A stretch of 62,195 nt of DNA, counting the filler, from an uncultured bacterium (lineage in GTDB: Bacteria; CAYJOG01), in assembly GCA_964371695.1 (NCBI GenBank). It is 20 parts of 20 records of this genome, joined end to end, with 100 filler letters (N's around TTAATTAATTAA, not from the genome) between each part and the next. Parts side by side here need not be neighbours in the genome. Positions count along the whole stretch, not along the records: positions 56,208 to 59,152 come from CAYJOG010000440.1; positions 59,253 to 62,195 come from CAYJOG010000441.1; 18 more parts are not named here. The stretch is one strand, 5' to 3'. Of this stretch, positions 57,792 to 62,195 are shown in pieces (position 1 is the stretch's first letter; each line of letters opens with the position of its first letter). A program made the position numbers and the translations under genes. The notes below the pieces were generated by a model. That model was not told the DNA's origin and did no database searches. It saw nothing but the letters and a program-made list of their open reading frames with translations.

Positions 57792-58424
57792 TTACTGGCC
57801 CATGGCCTGTTGCGCAAAGGCCATCATCACCCGCACACCCACGGAAATGAACACCACACTGGCGGCTATGGCCAGGGGCATGGTGATGTAGTTCTCCTGT
57901 TGCCGCCACTGAATGGCGGTGTGGACCGGGGGGAGATTCAGCTTTTCCAACAAGTTTTTTAACCACCTGGGAAATTTTTTAAGCAGGACGAGCGCCAGCA
58001 CCAGAGAGAGGGCAGGGGGAAGGACGCCGCCCATGGAAAACCTCAGCGGCGGAACCACAAAAAAGAGGAAGCGGGCCGTCCACCGCCCCGCGAGCCAGCA
58101 AATTGCCCCCAAAATCAGCATTGAGAAGATCGTGAGACTGAAGGTGGCGCTGTGACGGGCCACATTCAGTCCCTCTTTTTTGAGAAACAGTTCCAGGTGC
58201 TCCAGCAAGTTGGTCGGGCCGGTTTCTGATGGATCCTGCGTGTCCTGATGGTCTGCGCCTTTTTCAAGCCGGGTGTTTTCCACCTCGGTTTCAATGAAGA
58301 AATCCTCGGTCACGCTTTCCCCCACGTGGCGCAAGGGGTCGTCGCCATGCAGAAAATGACCGCAGTAGAGGCAAAAACGCGGGTTGCCCTTGGCGAAGTT
58401 TCCACACCGGGGGCAGGCATGCAC
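57792..58424 (-). CDS. Zinc-ribbon membrane protein
   Basis: CPRCG..FCLYCG followed by TM helices. Confidence 0.7.
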   Translation of the reverse strand: MHACPRCGNFAKGNPRFCLYCGHFLHGDDPLRHVGESVTEDFFIETEVENTRLEKGADHQDTQDPSETGPTNLLEHLELFLKKEGLNVARHSATFSLTIFSMLILGAICWLAGRWTARFLFFVVPPLRFSMGGVLPPALSLVLALVLLKKFPRWLKNLLEKLNLPPVHTAIQWRQQENYITMPLAIAASVVFISVGVRVMMAFAQQAMGQ

Positions 58425-58473
58425 GGTGTGAGTGTAAAGGTAACCAATGCGCCCAAAAAGAAGGGGCGCGGGA

Positions 58474-59152
58474 CTACACGATTTCCAGCATCCGCTCGAT
58501 GGAAAGCCTGGCGCGGTCGCGGATGTCTTCGGGCACGTCCACTTCGTACTGGTTTTTCTGAAGGGCTTCCAGGGTGTCTTCCATGGTGATCTGGTTCATG
58601 TGGGGGCATCGCACGCTGCACAGTCGCAGCACGTCGCGGTCGGGATTTTCGGCAATGATGTTGTCGCCCATGGCGCACTCGGTGAGGATGAGATAGTGCG
58701 GCGCGAGGTGTTCTTTGACGTATTTGATGATGCCGCTGGTGCTGCCCGAAAAATCTGACGCGGCCACCACTTCGGGGCTGCATTCCGGGTGGGCCACCAC
58801 CACCACGTCGGGGAACTGCCGCCGCACGTTGGTCACGTCTTCTACCGTGAACTTTTCGTGTACTTCGCAGCGCCCCCGCCAGGCCAGCATCACGCGGTGC
58901 AGGTTTTTTGGGTCTTCGCCGTTCTGCTTGCGGGAAAGATCGGGCAGAACAATGGTTTTGCCGGTTTCGTGGGCCACGTTGCGGGCCAGATATTCATCGG
59001 GCAGGAAGATCACCGTGTCGCTGCCCACGGCATTCACCACCCGTGCGGCGTTGGCGCTGGTGCAGCAATAATCGCTTTCGGCCTTGACCTTGGCGGAGGT
59101 GTTGACGTAGCTCACCACCACCGCTCCGGGATGCCGGGCCTTGAGCTCGGCC
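58474..59152 (-). CDS. nadA: Quinolinate synthase (5' partial)
   Basis: VSYVNTSA, CCTSANA, FLPDEYL, CEVH, AHPEC, GSTS and CPHM motifs. Confidence 0.96.
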
Positions 59153-59433
59153 NNNNNNNNNNNNNNNNNNNNNNNNNNNNNNNNNNNNNNNNNNNNTTAA
59201 TTAATTAANNNNNNNNNNNNNNNNNNNNNNNNNNNNNNNNNNNNNNNNNNNNCGGATTCCTCCCCGGCCCCCCCCCCCCCTGCGGGGGAGTGGGTTGGGG
59301 TGAGGGGTCAAACATAAACAAAAAACCTTTTGGTTTTGTCTGGATTCCCGCCTTCGCGGGAATGACGGCGGGGGGCGATGAGGATTGGCGTGGTGCCTTA
59401 TTCTTTTTCAGCCGCCAACCACCAACTTCCGTC

Positions 59434-60108
59434 TTACACCACCAGCACCACCATCAGGGCGTAATGCAGGCCGCTGCCCAGCATCACCAGCACGTGCCAC
59501 AGTTCGTGGTGGCTGAAGCGCCCCGGCCACAGGCGGGGTTTGCGGGTGGCGTAAATCACCGCCCCCAGCGTATAAGCCAAACCCCCGGCAAACAGCAGCC
59601 TCAACGCGGCGGGCTCCATGGCCTGACGCAACGGGCCAAGGCCCAGCACAGCCATCCAGCCCATCACCAGATACAGCAGGAACGACAGGGGATTGTCGGG
59701 GTCTTTCTGGAAAATCTTCATGAGAATGCCCACCCCCGCCAGCGCCCACACACCGCCGAACATGGCCCAGCCCAGGCTCCCCCCGATGGCCCCCAGGCAG
59801 ATGGGGGTATAGGAACCGGCGATGAGCAGGTAAATCGCGCCGTGATCAAGCCGCTGGAACACCTGCCGCAGCCTGGGGTGGTCAACATGGCAATAGAAGT
59901 GATAGATGGAGCTGGCCACATAAAGCAGCACCAGCGTGACGCCGTACACCCCAAAAGCCATGAGATAAACCGTCTCGCGCCGCCAGGCCGCCAGCAGCAG
60001 CAGGGCCACCAGCCCCACCAGGGCCAAGCCGGCCCCCGTGGTGTGGCTGATGGTGTTGAACAGTTCGTTGTTGAGCGCCGGGGCGCGTTTTTTGCGGACG
60101 AACGCCAT
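59434..60108 (-). CDS. Hemolysin III / PAQR family membrane protein
   Basis: NTISH, SSIYH, LDHGAIYLLIAGSYTP and HELWH motifs. Confidence 0.93.
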   Translation of the reverse strand: MAFVRKKRAPALNNELFNTISHTTGAGLALVGLVALLLLAAWRRETVYLMAFGVYGVTLVLLYVASSIYHFYCHVDHPRLRQVFQRLDHGAIYLLIAGSYTPICLGAIGGSLGWAMFGGVWALAGVGILMKIFQKDPDNPLSFLLYLVMGWMAVLGLGPLRQAMEPAALRLLFAGGLAYTLGAVIYATRKPRLWPGRFSHHELWHVLVMLGSGLHYALMVVLVV

Positions 60109-60186
60109 GGTGATCCCTGCCTTCCAGAATATTTTGACTGACTTTTCAGTATGGATGGCCCCCCAGTGGGAGACGGTGTGTTTTTC

Positions 60187-60344
60187 ACCTCTCCCCCTGA
60201 GGGAGAGGTCGGATGGATTGGCGTCTTTTTGGCCAATCCATCCGGGTGAGGGGTTTAAACAAAAAAAAAAAACATCTGATTGGTTTTTTTGTTTTTGAAT
60301 AAACCCCTCACCCCAACCCTCTCCCCATTAAAAGGGGAGAGGGG
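60187..60344. repeat. BoxC-like inverted doublet
   Basis: GGGAGAGGTC-GGATGGATTGGC..GCCAATCCATCC-GGGTGAGGGG, a spacer, then CCCCTCACCCCAACCCTCTCCCC. Confidence 0.85.
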
Positions 60345-60368
60345 GTGATGATCGAAAAATCAATTCAT

Positions 60369-60851
60369 CTACAGGTGTTTCACCAGGGCCACGGCCTGGG
60401 CGCTGATGCCTTCTTCGCGGCCCACAAAACCAAGGCCGTCGGTGGTGGTGAACTTCACGCTCACCCTGCAGCCGGGCAGGGCGCGGCCAAGAGACTCCTT
60501 GATGGCCGCCCGGTGGGGCGACAGGGCGGGTTTTTCGGCCAGCACCACGGCGTCTACCTGCATGGGCCGCAGGCGTTCCTTGCCCAGCACCGTGAGCACC
60601 TGTTTGAGCAGGGCAATGCTTTCCACACCCTTGAAGCTGGCGTCGCTGCTGGGGAAATGGTCTCCCAGGTCGCCCTTGTCGGCGGCGCCCAGCAGGGCAT
60701 CCATGATGGCGTGGGTGAGCACGTCGCCATCGGAATGCCCCACCAGTCCCTGGTCGTGGGGAATGTTCACACCCCCCAGAATCAGTGTTTCGCCGGGGGC
60801 GAGCCGGTGCGTGTCCACGCCAATGCCTACCGAAAAATCCTGCTGTGTCAA
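60369..60851 (-). CDS. ispF: 2-C-methyl-D-erythritol 2,4-cyclodiphosphate synthase
   Basis: GIGVDTHRL, GHSDGDVLTHA..DALLGA and GFVGREEG motifs. Confidence 0.96.
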   Translation of the reverse strand: MTQQDFSVGIGVDTHRLAPGETLILGGVNIPHDQGLVGHSDGDVLTHAIMDALLGAADKGDLGDHFPSSDASFKGVESIALLKQVLTVLGKERLRPMQVDAVVLAEKPALSPHRAAIKESLGRALPGCRVSVKFTTTDGLGFVGREEGISAQAVALVKHL

Positions 60852-60852
60852 A

Positions 60853-61962
60853 TCAACCCGCCTGTGTGGTGGGCGCGTGGGGGGGCGCGCCGGGTTGGGG
60901 TGAGGGGGCCTGGCTGGCGAAAACCAGCCTGCCGCCGAGGGTCTGAATGATACTCGTCACTTCCACCCACGCCTGTTCACCCACCAGATCACTGCCGCCA
61001 TCCACCACCACCATGGTGCCGTCTTCCAGATATCCCACACCCTGGCCGTTCTCTTTGCCCAGCTTGATGATTTTCAGGTGCATGGTCTCGCCGGGCAGAA
61101 TCAGGGGCTTGAGCGCCGCCGCCACTTCGGCCAGATTCACGGCGATCACACCATTCACACCGGCCACCCGCGCCAGATTGTAATCCACCGTGAGGATTTT
61201 GGTGTTGGTGAGTCCCGCCAGTTCCACCAGTTTGTCGTCCACCTCGGCGGCCCGCAGCAGATGACCGGCGGGTTCCACCTTCAGGGTCACGCGGGGCGAC
61301 AGGTGCTTGATTTCCTCCAGGGCCTGCAAACCCAGGCGGCCCCGGTTGCGGCGCAGGGGCTGGCGGCTGTCGGCCAGATTGTGCAACTCCTTCACCACAA
61401 AATCGGGCACAGCCAGGTCACCCTCGATAAGGCCCTGCTCCACCAGCGTCAGCAGGCGGCCATCCATGATGGCCGAGGTGTCCAGCAGCCAGCGGCGGGT
61501 GCGGTGTTCGGCCAGCCAGTGGCCCTTGCTGGCGCTGCGGAAAAGGTCCATGCGCAGAAACACCGCCGCCATGAGCGGGCCAAAGATGAGGCTCACCACC
61601 GCGCTGATCACGCCGGGCAGGGCCGGGCTGTAGGCGTGCATGGCGATCATCAGGGGCAGGGCAAACAGGTTTCCCAGCAACATACCCACCGTGAGGCCGC
61701 TCAGCGCGCCCGCCACCGAGCCGGGGGGGTATTGCTGAAGGGTCAACAAAAGCGACTGGTAAAGCCGCCGGAAACCCCGGTGAAGCGGCTCGCCCATGAG
61801 CCAACCGCTCAACAACCCCAGGCAGAGAAAGCTCACCCAGTTCATGATCTGCTGCTGGGTGTTTTCTGCCGCCACCGAGGCGTTCATGGCAGTGGCCAGC
61901 GCCAGCGACACCACGCTGGCCCCCAGCATGGCCAGCAGTCTCGCCACCAGCAGTCCCAACAT
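60853..61962 (-). CDS. PIN/TRAM-domain membrane protein (YacL-like)
   Basis: LLDTSAIMDGR, RGRLGL, T.DYNL and GKE..QGVGYLEDGTMVVV motifs. Confidence 0.93.
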   Translation of the reverse strand: MLGLLVARLLAMLGASVVSLALATAMNASVAAENTQQQIMNWVSFLCLGLLSGWLMGEPLHRGFRRLYQSLLLTLQQYPPGSVAGALSGLTVGMLLGNLFALPLMIAMHAYSPALPGVISAVVSLIFGPLMAAVFLRMDLFRSASKGHWLAEHRTRRWLLDTSAIMDGRLLTLVEQGLIEGDLAVPDFVVKELHNLADSRQPLRRNRGRLGLQALEEIKHLSPRVTLKVEPAGHLLRAAEVDDKLVELAGLTNTKILTVDYNLARVAGVNGVIAVNLAEVAAALKPLILPGETMHLKIIKLGKENGQGVGYLEDGTMVVVDGGSDLVGEQAWVEVTSIIQTLGGRLVFASQAPSPQPGAPPHAPTTQAG

Positions 61963-62030
61963 GGGTTTATTGTGAACCAAGTTCAAATCGGCGTCCATAT
62001 AAAGGAGGGAATGTTGGAAGGTGGAAGTAA

Positions 62031-62195
62031 GAGCCTGTTTATAAAGTAGCCAAAAAACCGACCAACAGGCTCTTGCGCTCATGGATGAGCGCACACGAAA
62101 GCCGAAACTTTGAAAAAGTTGAGGTTTTCGCCATCAGGGGCGGGCTTTGCCCGGACCTGATTGGGTTTATAAAGTCCAGGAGGGACTTTATAAAC
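62031..62195 (+). mobile_element. Multi-hairpin MITE-like element (truncated at the window end)
   Basis: TAA then GAGCCTGTTTATAAAGT; colinear with the reverse complement of 22220-22402. Confidence 0.8.

Noticed and set aside
3074-59252. Regularly spaced TTAATTAATTAA motifs, and apparent gene clusters spanning them
   Set aside because: Artificial N-padded contig linkers; adjacency across them has no biological meaning.
60369-61962. PIN/TRAM gene as a toxin or defence system; ispD missing before ispF
   Set aside because: A YacL-like gene next to isp genes is a common housekeeping arrangement, and ispD relocation is unremarkable.

Overview
This is not one continuous locus. It is 20 unrelated ~3 kb contigs, in roughly decreasing length order, joined by 100-nt N-padded TTAATTAATTAA linkers, so gene adjacency across linkers is meaningless. 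The source is a GC-rich, diderm, probably motile bacterium (draft genome, MAG or SAG). Most coding content is housekeeping: miaE, fmt, recN, nadK, prs, a long-chain acyl-CoA ligase, a ccoN-like gene, frr, tRNA-Leu, the ATP synthase F0 genes, uvrC, sdhAB, rpsF-ssb, queF, argS, aat, purMN, nadA and ispF. There are also sensors, glycosyltransferases and hypothetical proteins. The most unusual content is non-coding: a dense, nested set of small palindromic elements. (1) A ~130-185 bp multi-hairpin MITE-like family has compensatory base changes between copies and recurrent A(N)GGA hairpin loops resembling CsrA sites. It has inserted in frame into two genes, once in a signal peptide and once as a 129-bp tandem array. 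(2) A 60-bp hairpin element sits inside the hairpins of two different GTAG-type REP classes. (3) BoxC-like doublets carry exchangeable internal hairpin cassettes. No transposase is visible in the window. Other points: atpI and atpB are in one frame separated by a single TAA; there is a His-less cNMP pseudo-kinase, an ~80-heptad chemoreceptor, and a probable VapC toxin cut off by a palindrome; and two contig ends look chimeric. All calls come from reading the sequence by eye; no database searches or folding programs were run, so novelty is unverified.
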